Positions 12,759 to 24,592 of a stretch of DNA of 64,000 bases are shown here, in pieces. Under the pieces are notes generated by a model. The model had not been told where the DNA came from. It saw nothing but the letters and a program-made list of their open reading frames with translations, and ran no database searches. The stretch comes from Chiloscyllium plagiosum (taxonomy: Eukaryota), in contig NC_057718.1 of the NCBI RefSeq assembly GCF_004010195.1, forward strand, positions 93,522,561-93,586,560, written 5' to 3'. The position numbers and the translations under genes are program-made. How positions within the stretch are numbered: the stretch's first letter is position 1; every line of letters starts with the position of its first letter.

Positions 12759-13629
12759 AAAGCTGAGACCTATGGGCTAATGGCACCTAAGATAGGCCCC
12801 CAAAGCCCTTTTCTTCTTCCATTTATGTTCAGTTTGTAACGTAAGCCACAATCTTTCACCGACTTACAACCACAACTGCCCGAAAATCCATTCATCTCAG
12901 TTGTGTAGTCGATAAATTCCAATACTGGGTACATTTGACCTCCCCCCTACCCCGGCAACTGGTGAGGGATTCTCAGACCGCTTTAGGCCCTTTGATCGGG
13001 CCACAGAGAATGCGGGACTGTACGCTCCCAGGTCTAGGTAAAGCTGTCAGACATTTTGATTATTTGTTCAAGTGCAGAAAAAGTTGGGAAAACCAAAACA
13101 TATTTCTGCAGGCGCACGTGTTATTAATACAGTGTGACGCTGTCTGGAACATTAAGACTGCATCTGTGGTGCAAAAGGGATTCAAATAGAGACCTAATGC
13201 AGTCTATAAAGCATATACATAACATCGTCATAACCTCTGTCAATGATCAGAAGCCCATGAAGTGCTGGTAAGACAAAATCAGTCAGCAGGAGTCTTCCAG
13301 ATTCTAAAAGAGCCGTATGGTATATTTTAATTTTTGTGGTTACTGATTTTGGTATGATTCACCCAGCTTGTAAAAATATATTGCACTGAAAGAATAAAGT
13401 GTACACAGTGCATGTAGTGACAATCCACATGTGAATTACACATCACAGTCATTCCCCACTGGGATTTCATTAACCATGGGAACTCGCCTCATTATTTTAC
13501 CTTTAATATAACACTGGCTTTACCATCGCTAAGTGCATTCTACATGCCTTGTACAAATGATATTTGTTTCACTTTAAAACAAAAACAAATTGAACAAGTT
13601 AATTTTTCAAGCACTTTTCTTTTCCTACT

Positions 13630-13766
13630 TTGTGTCTATGCTTTTTGTACCTAGGTACTGTTGTACCTCAGATGGCATTGTGTGTGACAACATTATACTC
13701 TTTTCACTGTACTCCTCTATGACTGTACTTGAGTATGCGTGACAATAAAATCTAAATCTAAAATCC
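13630..13766 (+). mobile_element. Rex1/L2-type LINE 3' tail
   Basis: cttttcactgt...gtgacaataaa followed by short repeats, like the tail at 33520-33588. Confidence 0.5.
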
Positions 13767-14017
13767 ATTTTGAAGACCGTCTGTTTACCTATTTCTTTGA
13801 CAAAGTAAGCTTTAATAATGGTGACATTATGAAGTTTGTATATAATGGCCAGATTAGATTGATCGTATGGGGTCCAGTGCAGTGGTTTCAATATTCCATT
13901 ATTATTCTGTTCAAAGTTAGTAGTTAGATCAGTCTTAACGGTTGAAGTGACTCTCCCCAAAGTCATTTAATTGACAAGTGCTGTTCATTTCATTTTAATC
14001 AGGCTCATTAAACCTCG

Positions 14018-14340
14018 GGAAGTGATGGCCTAATGGAACTATCACGAGACAAGTAATCTGGTGACCTAGGTAATGCTTGGCAACTTGAGTTCATAACCGG
14101 TGTTGGCTGAAATTAAATTTAACAACAAATCTGGATTGAAGAGTCTAATGATGACCATGAAACTATTGTCAATTGTTGGAGGGACCATCTGGTTCACTAA
14201 TGTCATTTAGGGAAACAAGCTGCCATCCTTACCTGGTTGGCTTATGTGTGATTCCAGACCCACCACAATGTGGGTCACCATTACAGATGGCCAATAAATG
14301 CTGCCTTATCCAGCATGCCTACATCTATTGAATGAACAAG
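14018..14340 (+). mobile_element. Deu-domain SINE (SacSINE1-like)
   Basis: ccatctggttcactaatgtcatttagggaaac...ccttacctgg...ccagacccac core and a ggccaataaatgctg tail. Confidence 0.65.
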
Positions 14341-15077
14341 AAAATTAACCAAAATAGTTAAAAAGGAGATTTTTAAAAAAAGAGTAATGTTTGCAATTCT
14401 TTTCATTTTTCAATTTCTCAGCAGGGAGATGTTATTTGTGACAAAATGATGCTGTAAAGCAATTATAAGAACACTGACTGTGTTGTTAGGATTATGATCC
14501 TAGAAATGGAAGTCTGAATCCCACCACCACTGCCCCTTGAGAAGTTTCATTCGGCGATGAAGTAAAAGTTGACGCTTTTCCCAGAGGACAGTTCACCCAG
14601 GGCTAACTCCTGGCATTTTTCAATGCCTTTTGCAAGGCTTTGTGAGATTTGAGCAAATCAAGTTGTGACATCTTTCACTGATGTTATTTCATTTGCTGTT
14701 TCAATCTGTTTATTTTGGCATATGGACAGGGCCCTTGGTGGCCTAATGGTAGTGTCTCTATCTCTGAATGAGTACGCCTGCGGTCAAGTCCCACTTGCTC
14801 CAGATTTCTGTCATAGTGGGTTGATCAAGAAAAAGCTTGACAGATGGATTGCCTTTGTGTGGAATTGGACGACCGTATCAATGCGTCAAGCAAGGTTGAA
14901 GCCTTTTTGGTTCAGTCAAAACTTTGCTTAAATCAAAATGGGTCCCCTGGGATTCTCCTTACTGGGGTTTTCCTGTGTTACTTGAGGTGACTGTAGCCAA
15001 AGTTGACTACCTTTACAGGAGATGAAGCTCACTGTCTTTCATCACTCTGGCTTATAAGTCTCACTCCAATGTGAAAT

Positions 15078-15480
15078 TAAAAATCACACAACACCAGCTT
15101 ATGATGAAGGGCTCCTGCCCGAAACATCGATTTTCCTGCTCCTCGGATGCTGCCTGACCTGCTGTGCCTTTTCCAGCACCACTCTAATCTCGACTCTGAT
15201 CTCCAGCATCTGCAGTCCTCACTTTCGCCTATAGTCCAATATAATTTAGTTGGAAGCACTAGCTTTCGGAGTGCCGCTCTTTCGTCAGGTGGTTGTCGAG
15301 GTTAAGATCATGCTCACAGTATTTATAGCCAAAGGAATCTAGTGTCATGGCAATGTGATACAGCAAACAATCTTAGATTAAAACTTTCATCTTTTAGAAT
15401 GGGATATGCTGGTTCCTGTTCTTTGCTATGTAAATCCCAGGACTTCTTTTAAATTACATTCTCAGGTTAGCTCAGCCTTT
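15078..15480. mobile_element. PLE pLTR (minus) with a second-family pLTR (15100-15230, plus) nested inside
   Basis: aaaaatcacacaacaccag end of family B, interrupted by gatgaagggctcctgcccgaaacatcg...gcagtcctcactttc of family A. Confidence 0.75.
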
Positions 15481-16536
15481 TAAACAATGCTATGGCAGAC
15501 TGACCAACCCTCTGTATAGTTTTACAGAGTTTGACATCGATTCAGTCATGACTCCAAAGTGGCGAGACATTTCCAAGTCCCAAGCAAGTGACTCAGTTGT
15601 GACAAGTATTTTTTTGAGATGATGATCCATGCTGAATCACCTTCTGCGAACACAGATACCTGATAACATCGAACAAGAGCAGGAAATTGTAATCAGTCCA
15701 ATACATGCAATCAGCGCACTGTTTACTGGTAATTGTCTAAGGGTTTGCCATTAAACAGGCAGCTTCTGACAAGCAATGCTGCAGCATGGTTGCTCATTGC
15801 CTGTTAGCAGGAAGACCCCAGCCTAGCATGTGTTTCAAATAGAAATAATTCATGGCACTAATTATTTTTTATCGGTTACAGAGCTACTGCTCCTTTGATG
15901 AGGTTAAATCAAACCCCTTTGTTTCCCTTATCGGTTTTGTATTTACACTTGCCTGATGCTCCCTCACAGTTTAAGATTCTTTCTTCTCCACATTCATCTT
16001 CTTTTAAGACCGCCATCTCGTATGCTTCAAGTTAGCCACTTTTTTGTTGCCGTTTACAGGCTTTTTTTTTCCATAATTCATACCGGCCTCGAAAACTTCC
16101 GCCAAATCAGTGGCGGGTTTTGACCTTGGAATGAAAACCTTAAGGGGCCATACCTTGAGGAGATCCTGCCGTGCTGTCAAGGAAATGGACAGCACCTCAC
16201 AACAGTCCCATTTCAAACAGGGAAAATGCACTCCCCTCTCTCTCTTACCGGGACATCAGTGCATTCGGAGTTCTGCGGAAAGTAGGGGAAAGATTTACAA
16301 TGACATTACCAGGATCATGAGGACATCACTACTTGAAAGTCTTGAGTAGGCCACAGAGGTCTTCTCCTTGGAAAGAAAAGATTGTCAATGGGTAACATTT
16401 ATTTTTCTTTCGCACTAAGAGCATAATTAGTCCTGCCATGGTAGAATATCCATTTGGAAAACTGTCATGAGCAGCATCATTAAAAATGACCAGCATTCTA
16501 TCTTCTGGGTCAGCCAAGTCAGAAGATTTAAGCTTG

Positions 16537-19369
16537 CAGTTGTTTTTCTGCTATAATGCGACAGTTGTGTTCCTCTGCAACCCCATGCTGTAGAAAATCG
16601 CACTATGGAAAACCGCTATAGAAAATCACACTGTACAAGATCACTATAGAAAATCGCATTATGGAAACCCGTGATAGAAAATCGCACTGTACAAGATCAC
16701 TGCAGAAAATCGCACTATGGAAAACCGCTATAGAAAATCACACTGTACAAGATCACTATAGAAAATCACGCTATGGAAACCCGTGATACAAAATCGCATT
16801 GTACTAGATCACTATAGAAATTTGCACTATGGAAAACCGTGATAGAAAATCGCACTGTACAAGATCACTATAGAAAATCATGCCAGAGAAAAGCATGACA
16901 GAAAATTGCACAGTACAAGGTCACTATAGAAAATGGCATGGTACAAGGTCACTGTAGAGAATCGCACCATGGAAAACCATGATAGAAAATCACACTGTAC
17001 AAGATCGCTATAGAAAATCGCACTATGGAAAACCATGATAGAAAATCGCACTGTACAAGGTTGCTATAGAAAATCATGCGATGGAAAACCGCTATAGAAA
17101 TTAACACTGTACAACATCGCTTAGAAAATCATGCAATGGAATACCATGATAGAAAATCGCACTGTACAAGATCACTATAAAAAATCATGCTAGGGAAAAC
17201 CATGACAGAAAATCACACGGTACAAGGTCAATATCGAAAATCGCACTGTACAAGCTCACTATAGAAAATTGCACTATGGAAAACTGTGATTGAAAATCAT
17301 ACTGTACAAGATCACTACAGAAAATCACACGATGGAAAACTGTGATAGAAAATCGCACTGTACATGATCACTAAAGAAAATCACGGTAGGGAAAACCATG
17401 ATAGCAAATCGCACTGTCCAAGATCACTAAAGAAAATCGCACTATGGAAAACCGCTATAGAAAATCGCACTGTACAACATCGCTATAGAAAATCACACTG
17501 TACAAGATCACTACAGAAAATTGCATGATGGAAAACCGCAATAGAAAATCGCATTGTCTAAGATCACTTTAGAAAATGGTGCTATGGACAACTGTGATAG
17601 AAAATCGCACTGTACAAGATTAGTATAGAAAATTGCACTATGAAAAATCGTGATAAAAAATTGCACATACAAGATCACTGTAGAAAATCGTACTATGGAA
17701 AACCATGATAGCAAATCGCACTAAACAAGATCGCTATAGAAAATCACGCTGGGGAAACCCATGATAGAAAATCGCACTGTACAAGATTGTTATAGAAAAT
17801 CGCGTGATGGAAAATCGTGATAGAAAATCGCACTGTACAAGATCGCTATAGAAAATCACACTAGGGAAACCCATGGTAGAAAGTCGCACTGTACAAGATC
17901 GCTATAGAAAATCGCATTATGGAAAAGTGCTATAGAAAATTGCATTGTGCAAGGTCACTCTAGAAAATCACACTGTACAATATTGCTATAGAAAATCACG
18001 CTGGGGAAACCCATGATAGAAAATCGCATTGTACAGGATCACTATAGAAAATCACGCTATGGAAAATGGTGTTAGAAAATCGCACTGTACAAGATCGCTA
18101 TAGAAAATCACACTATGGAAAACCATGATAGAAAATCATACTGTACAAAATCACTATAGAAAATCACACGATGGAAAACCATGATAGAAAACCGCACTGT
18201 ACAAAATCGCTATAGAAAATCACACGATGGAAAACCACGATAGAAAATCGCACTGTACAAGATCACTATAGAAAATCGCACAATGGAAAACGGTAATAGA
18301 AAATCATACTGTTCAAGATCGCTATAGAAAATTATGCGATGGAAAACCGTGATAGAAAATCGCACTGTGCAAGATCGCTATGGAAAATCGCACAATGGAA
18401 AACTGTGATAGAAAATCATACCGTACAAGATCGCTATAGAAATAACGCGATGGAAAACCATGATAGAAAATCGCACTGTTCAAGGTCACTTAAGAAAATT
18501 GCTCTATGGAAAACCGTGATAGAAAATCGCACTGTACAAGATCGCTATAGAAAATCACACTATGGAAAATTGCTATAGAAAATCGCACTGTACAAAATCG
18601 CTATAGAAAATCACACTAAGGAAAACCGTGATAGAAAATCGCACTGTACAAGATCACTATAGAAAATCACACTATGGAAAACCGTGATAGAAAATCGCAC
18701 TGTACAAGATTGCAATAGAAAATCCATGAGAGAAAATTGCATTGTTCAAGATCATTATGGAAAATCATGCTATGGAAAACCAAGATAGAAAATCACACTG
18801 TACAAGATCACTAGAGAAAAACACATTATGGAAATCCACAACAGAAAATCATACTGTACAAGATCGCTACAGAAAATCGCATTATGGAAATCCACAACAG
18901 AAAATCACACTGTACAAGATCGCTACAGAAAATTGCATTATGGAAATCCACAACAGAAAATCGCACTGTACAAGATCGCTACTGAAAATTGCATTATGGA
19001 AATCCACAACAGAAAATCGCACTGTACAAGATCACTACAGAAAATTGTATTATGGAAATCCACAACAGAAAATCATACTGTATAAGATCGCTACAGAAAA
19101 TCGCATTATGGAAATCCACAACAGAAAATCGCACTGTACAAGATCACTACAGAAAATTGCATTATGGAAATCCACAACAGAAAATCGCACTGTACAAGAT
19201 CACTATAGAAAATCGCATTATGGAAATCCACAACAGAAAATCGCACTGTGCAAGATTGCTATAGAAAATTGCTATACCCGTTCAGTAGAAAGTTCACATT
19301 ATCCAAATTTGTCAATCGTGTTATAGCCAAGTCACGTGAATGAAACACATGCTGTACCAGAATGACCTG
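16537..19369. mobile_element. Tigger/pogo-like MITE with a massive internal tandem expansion
   Basis: Imperfect terminal inverted repeats: cagttgtttttctgctataatgcg at the left end, and right end whose reverse complement is caggtcattctggtacagca. It interrupts the copia RT-RNaseH junction. Confidence 0.6.
16590..19272 (+). repeat. Satellite array with a 56-bp unit (two 28-bp variants built on a ~14-bp core), about 48 units
   Basis: Alternating atagaaaatcgcactatggaaaaccgtg / atagaaaatcgcactgtacaagatcgct; the ORF track shows 56-aa (3x56 nt) periodicity. Confidence 0.95.
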
Positions 19370-19746
19370 AATTTAGTTCCTTTGTTTTGGTTGCTGTCAA
19401 CAGGAGCATGTTTACTCATAGTACTCAGTTCCAATAGATCATAAGTATTGTTGTATCTAGTCGATACCCTCACTCAGTTTGACCATCCAATCAGGCAGGT
19501 TGTCTTCAGAGGTTGTGCAGGCATGATGGGCCAAATGTACTCCTTCTGTACCCTAACACTTCCATGATTCAGACTTCCTATAGATGTTTCTTTCACTATT
19601 ATATTTCTTTGAGGACTTTGCCTAAATTATTGCAATTCAATTAAGGCTTATTCATGTGAGAGTGTTAATCTGAAGTCACTCCTGATTTATACTGTTTAAT
19701 TTCTCACCCTACTATGTATGTTTAAAGGCTGACTTCCAATCTTGAA

Positions 19747-19922
19747 GGCGAAAGTGAGCATTGCAGATGCTGGAGATCAGAGTCATGATTAGCGTGGTGC
19801 TGGAAAAGCACAGAAGGTCAGGCAACATCCGAGGAGCAGGATGATTCCTGATGAAGGGCTTTTGCCTGCTCCTCGGATGCTGCCGGACCTGCTGTGCTTT
19901 TCCAGCACCACTCTAATCTTCA
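19747..19922. mobile_element. Inverted PLE pLTR pair
   Basis: TSD ttcc(a/g)atcttgaa at 19734-19746 and 19923-19935. Confidence 0.8.
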
Positions 19923-20224
19923 TTCCGATCTTGAATTCCATTTTTAACTTTATCAATTATGTGACATTCAAATTCTATTTCTTACTGAAAGTCAATTTAA
20001 AAGTCCTAGCTCTGTTCTCTTTATGTTACCAGTAAAATCTTACAGGACCTACTCTGACCTGAATACAACTTACTTTCAGCAAGATATTTCCTCCTGTTAA
20101 ATATCAAACACTTACTGTACCATTCGTACCATGTACATGATGTTTACCATCCAAAGATGGTTTTAAATGTCACCCGCATCTTCATCTAATTTCAAAAATA
20201 CTTCCCTTTGTAACTTTCCATCTT

Positions 20225-20845
20225 ACATAGAAACATAGAAGATAGGAGCAGGAGGAGGCCATTCAGCCCTTCGAGTCTGCTCTGTCATTCATCATGATCA
20301 TAGCTGATCATCCAATCAGTAGCCCTAATCCTGCTTTCTCCCCACAACCTTTGATCCCATTCACCCCAAGTGCTATATCTAGCTGCCTCTTGAATACATT
20401 CAATGCTTTGGCATCAACGACTCCATGTGGTAATGAATTCCACAGGCTCACCACTCTTTGGTGAAGAGATGTCTCCTCATCTCCGTCCCAAATGCTCCAC
20501 CCTGAATCCTCAGAGTGTGACCCCTGGTTCTGGACACAACCACCATTGGGAACATCCTCCCTGCATCTACCCTATCTAGTCCTGTTAGAATTTTAGAAGT
20601 CTCTATGAGATTCCCCCGTCACTCTTTTGAACTTCAGCAAAAACAATCCTAACATAGCCAATCTCTTCCCATATGTCAGTCCCACATCCCTGGAACCAGC
20701 TTGGGAAACCTTCAATGCATTCCCTCGAGAGCAAGAGCATCCTTCTTCAGAAAAGGAGACCAAAACCGCACACAATATTCTAGGTGTAGCCTCACCAAGG
20801 CCCTGTATGACTGCAACAACACAATCCTGCTCCTGTACTCAATAT
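20225..20845 (-). mobile_element. CR1-group LINE 3' part
   Basis: acatagaaacatagaa tail and aggccattcagcccttcgag 3' UTR; degraded RT C-terminus. Confidence 0.75.
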
Positions 20846-21431
20846 AAACCTTGTAGAAATAATTTTCGTATCCAGTAATCTACATTTCCAAGAGAGTGTA
20901 AATCAAAAGGACAAGAAGACACTGAAGATCACTTTGCTTACATCAAGCGAATTTAATTTAATATCCTGACCACTGAGTTTTCCTTTGAAAACTGGAGCTA
21001 TTTGTCTGACTTTTAGCCTTTTCATCCCATCAGGGAGTGTATGAACACTGCCTACGCATCTCCAGGATATTTGTCTAATATGACATGCTCCCTTCTATCT
21101 AGTGCACAGTGCACGCACCAAATTCTTTCCAGCTGTCCAATTCTCTTTGCTTAGCTTCTGTAATCAATTTATCTTCTCATTTGTTTGGAGCAACTAAAAC
21201 CTTTCAATCAGATAGGCTTCTACTTTTTGTGATATTCCCGATCTGCTCTGTCATCCCTGCTGTTGCCAAATTACGAGTCCTGCTAACTGTCCTATCCTAT
21301 TCTGGACTGTTACCAGACAATCTCCACCTGCTTCATGTTTTCTTTGGGTCATGTTTACTTCAAGATCCACTTTCAGAGCTTGTACTACGTTTTCTGGTCT
21401 TCCACATCTTTGCACAAGCAACAATTTGATT

Positions 21432-23340
21432 TCAGATAGTCAACATGGTTTCATCAAGGGTAGGTGTGCGAAAAGATTTGCTGACCTACGATAGGCCCAC
21501 AAAAGCAAAATTGGCCAAACTGTACCAGAACACCTAGAATTCCCAAGCAGCTCACAAGCCGAATCAGATAGCACACAGACAAGGGAATATGCTTTAAGCT
21601 CCCAGGGACATGACAGAGCACCACAGATATCTCAAAGACCTAAGGGCAGTTTTACAACCCAGCAATACCAAAGCCACACAAACAGCAGGTCAGACAGAGA
21701 GGGACCGTAGGATAATGGAAGCATCTCACCACTTCAGAAGAGGCATTAACACATACGTGTGAAGAGGAATGGAACCATTGTCACTGTCAGGATGTTGCAT
21801 TGTGTGAAGGAACAGGACATTCATCTGATATTTGTTTTCCAATTAGCATCCTTGTAACTAGATTACTCCATTTCCAAATACATCGTAGTTTCCCATTTCT
21901 TAATCAGTGTCATTGTGCAGCATTACTATAAAACTGGTCTCATCCTCAGCTCTGGGAGGAGAAATCGATCTACCTGTACAGACTGTCAGTTCTGTGTCAG
22001 TCTAGTCAATTTCTCTTCCAGCTATATTTCTTGCAATAAACTGTTTTGTCAATTTCACTTTGAGCAGTGTTTTGTGATCTCTAACCTATTGGGCAAATCT
22101 CTCCAACAGTAGGTCATGTCTCACAGACCTCATTGAATTTTTTGAGAAGGTGACCAAGCATGTGGATGGGAGTAGGGCAGTTGACGTGGTATACATGGAC
22201 TTCAGTAAAGCCTTTGATAAGGTTCCACATGGTAGGCTGTTGGAGAAAATGCAGAGGCATGGGATTGAGGGTGATTTAGCAGTTTGGATCAGAAGGCAGT
22301 GAGTGGTGGTTGATGGAAAATACTCAGCCTAGAGTCCAGTTATGAGTGGTGTGCCACAAGGATCTGTTTTGGGACCACTGCTGTTTGTCATTTTTATAAA
22401 CGACTTAGACACAGGCACAGGTGGATGGGTTAGTAAGTTTGCAGATGACACTAAAGTCGGTGGAGTCGTGGACAGTGTGAAAGAATGTTGCAAGTTGCAG
22501 GGGGAGTTGGATAAACTGCAGAATTGGGCTGAGAGGTGGCAAATGGAGTTCAATGCAGATAAATGTGACGTCATTCACTTTGGGAAGAATAACAGGAAGG
22601 CAGAATACTGGGTCAATTGAAAGATTCTTCGTAGTGTGGATGTGCAGAGGGATCTAGGAGTCCATGCACATAAATCCCTGAAAGTAGCCACCCAGGTGGA
22701 TAGTGCTGCTAAGAAGGCATACAATGTGTTAGGTTTCATTGGTAGAGGGATTGGGTTCTGGAGCCACAATATCATGCTGAAACTACACAAAATGCTAGTG
22801 CGGCCACATTTGGAATATTGTGTAAAGTTCTGGTCGCCATAATTCGGGAAGGATGTGGAAGCACTGGAAAAGGTGCAGAGGCGATTTACCAGGATGTTGC
22901 CTGGTCTGGAGGGAAGGTCTTATGAGGAAAGGTTGAGAGACTTGGGTCTGTTCTCATTGGAAAGAAGAAGGCTAAGAGGAGATTTGATAGAGACATACAA
23001 GATGATCAGAGGATTAGATAGGATAGACAGTGAAAGACTTTTTCCTAGGATGATGATGTCAGCTTGTACGAGGGGGCATAACTACAAATTGAGGGGTGAT
23101 AGATTTAAGACAGATGTCAGAGGCAGGTTCTTTACTCAGAGAGTGGTAAGGGCGTGGAATGCCCTACCTGCCAATGTAGTTAACTCAGCCACATTAGGGA
23201 TATTTAAACAATCCTTAGATAAGCACATGGGATGATGATGGGATAGTGTAGGGGAATGAGCTTAGATTAGTTCACAGGTCAGCACAACATCGAGGGCTGA
23301 AGGGCCTGTTCTGCTCTGTATTGGTCTATGTTCTATGTTC
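21432..23340 (+). mobile_element. CR1 (HER1-like) LINE, 5'-truncated RT with stop codons, interrupted by a solo LTR
   Basis: SQHGFIKG|RSCLT..IEFF, DFSKAFDKVPH, SGVPQGSVLGPLLFVIFINDLD, KFADDTK, LVRPHLEYC, FFTQRVVRAWNALP; tail tctatgttctatgttc. Confidence 0.92.
21465..22108 (+). mobile_element. Solo LTR (644 bp)
   Basis: TG...CA termini; 5-bp TSD gtagg at 21460-21464 and 22109-22113; AATAAA near 22035; removing it restores the CR1 RT sequence. Confidence 0.85.
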
Positions 23341-23581
23341 CTCATTTTGCTTATTTATCCAGTGTTCATATTGACCAATGGCCTTTCTCTGCTCTCCCTG
23401 GAATGGTGGCATTTCTCAATTTGTTGGTCCTTTCTGATATGTGTGCTATTGTCATACTGTCTGAGAGAAAAAACGACCATGTCCCTTGTTTCTGTGTCAA
23501 TCAATCCTTCATCTGCCATAGTCTGATTGTCATAGCTGTCCAACATATGTGTGTATGGAATGCACGGTGCCTCATCACTTG

Positions 23582-23675
23582 CTGAAGAAGGGCTTATGCC
23601 CGAAACGTCGATTCTCCTTCTCCTTTGATGCTGCCTGACCTGCTGCACTTTTCCAGCAACACATTTTTAAGCTCA
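23582..23675 (+). mobile_element. Short PLE pLTR starting at a hammerhead core
   Basis: CTGAAGA-A-GGGC-TTAT-GCCC-GAAA-CGTC, then the pLTR body. Confidence 0.8.
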
Positions 23676-23689
23676 GACAATATAAGTGT

Positions 23690-24035
23690 ATGGATGTAGG
23701 TTTGCTCGCTGAGCTGAAAGTACTTAAACACAGGCATAGGTGGATAGGTTAGTAAATTTGCAGATGACGCTAAAGTCAGTAGATTAATGGACAGTGTGGA
23801 AGAATGTTGCAGGTAACATCATCAGTGAGCCTCCGGATGAAGCACTGGTAGTATGGGCCAAGGAAATCTAAACACATAAATAAAAAACAGGCAATATCAC
23901 CAGTGCTTCATCCAGAGGCTCACTGATGATGTTATCTAGTATGGTGATGAAACGTCTGAAACCAAACCTTCCAGCTCAGTGAGCAAACCTACATCCAGAA
24001 CCTCTACCTGAGCTACACACCTTCTGAAAACCCTC
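23690..24035. mobile_element. Composite Poseidon-type inverted pLTR insertion containing a CR1 RT fragment
   Basis: TSD tataagtgt at 23681-23689 and 24036-24044; CR1 KFADD segment at ~23722-23813. Confidence 0.75.
23917..23962 (+). ncRNA. Minimal type-I hammerhead ribozyme motif (Poseidon-type pLTR)
   Basis: tca-CTGATGA-t-gttatc-tagtat-ggtgat-GAAA-CGTC-tga; stem II weakened to G.U pairs. Confidence 0.6.
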
Positions 24036-24084
24036 TATAAGTGTGTATCAGTATCAATTACAATTTCACTTACCAACTAGATTC

Positions 24085-24592
24085 ATTGCAGGGATGAAAG
24101 GCTTGTTTCATGAGGAGGGATTGAACCATTTAGACCTGTACTTACTCAAATTCAGAAGGCTGGGAGCAAATCTGATTGAGTTGGATAAGATTCTGAAGGG
24201 TGTAGACAAAGTAGACAGAGAGTGGATGTTTCCCCTTGCGTAGACAAAGTAGACAGAGAGTGGATGTTTCCCCTTGCGGGACAATCTAGAACAAGAATAG
24301 CCATAATTTTAGGCCAGGGCACGGCAGATTTAAAACAGAGATGAGGAAGAATTGCTTCTCTCAAAAGGTAATTCTGTGGAATTCACTCACCCAGAATGTG
24401 GTGGACCCCAGGACACTGCATACATGTGAGGGGGAGATAGATGATTTTTAGCTATGAATGGGTTGAAAGGTGATGGAGAGTGAACAGGAAAGTGTAGTTG
24501 AAGTCGAGTTGAGGTCATCCTTGATCGTACTACATGGTGGAGCAGGCTCAATGAGCTGACTTGTCTGCTCCTGCTCCAAGTCCTTATGTTCA
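24085..24592 (+). mobile_element. CR1-group 3' fragment with a 38-bp internal tandem duplication
   Basis: gtagacaaagtagacagagagtggatgtttccccttgc occurs twice (24202-24277). Confidence 0.75.

Noticed and set aside
16590..19272. CRISPR array or repeat-protein gene
   Set aside because: No unique spacers, no cas genes, vertebrate context; the ORFs are frame-cycling products of a 56-bp satellite.
22342..23235. Active reverse transcriptase gene
   Set aside because: In-frame stops (22620, 22842), 5' truncation and an LTR insertion.
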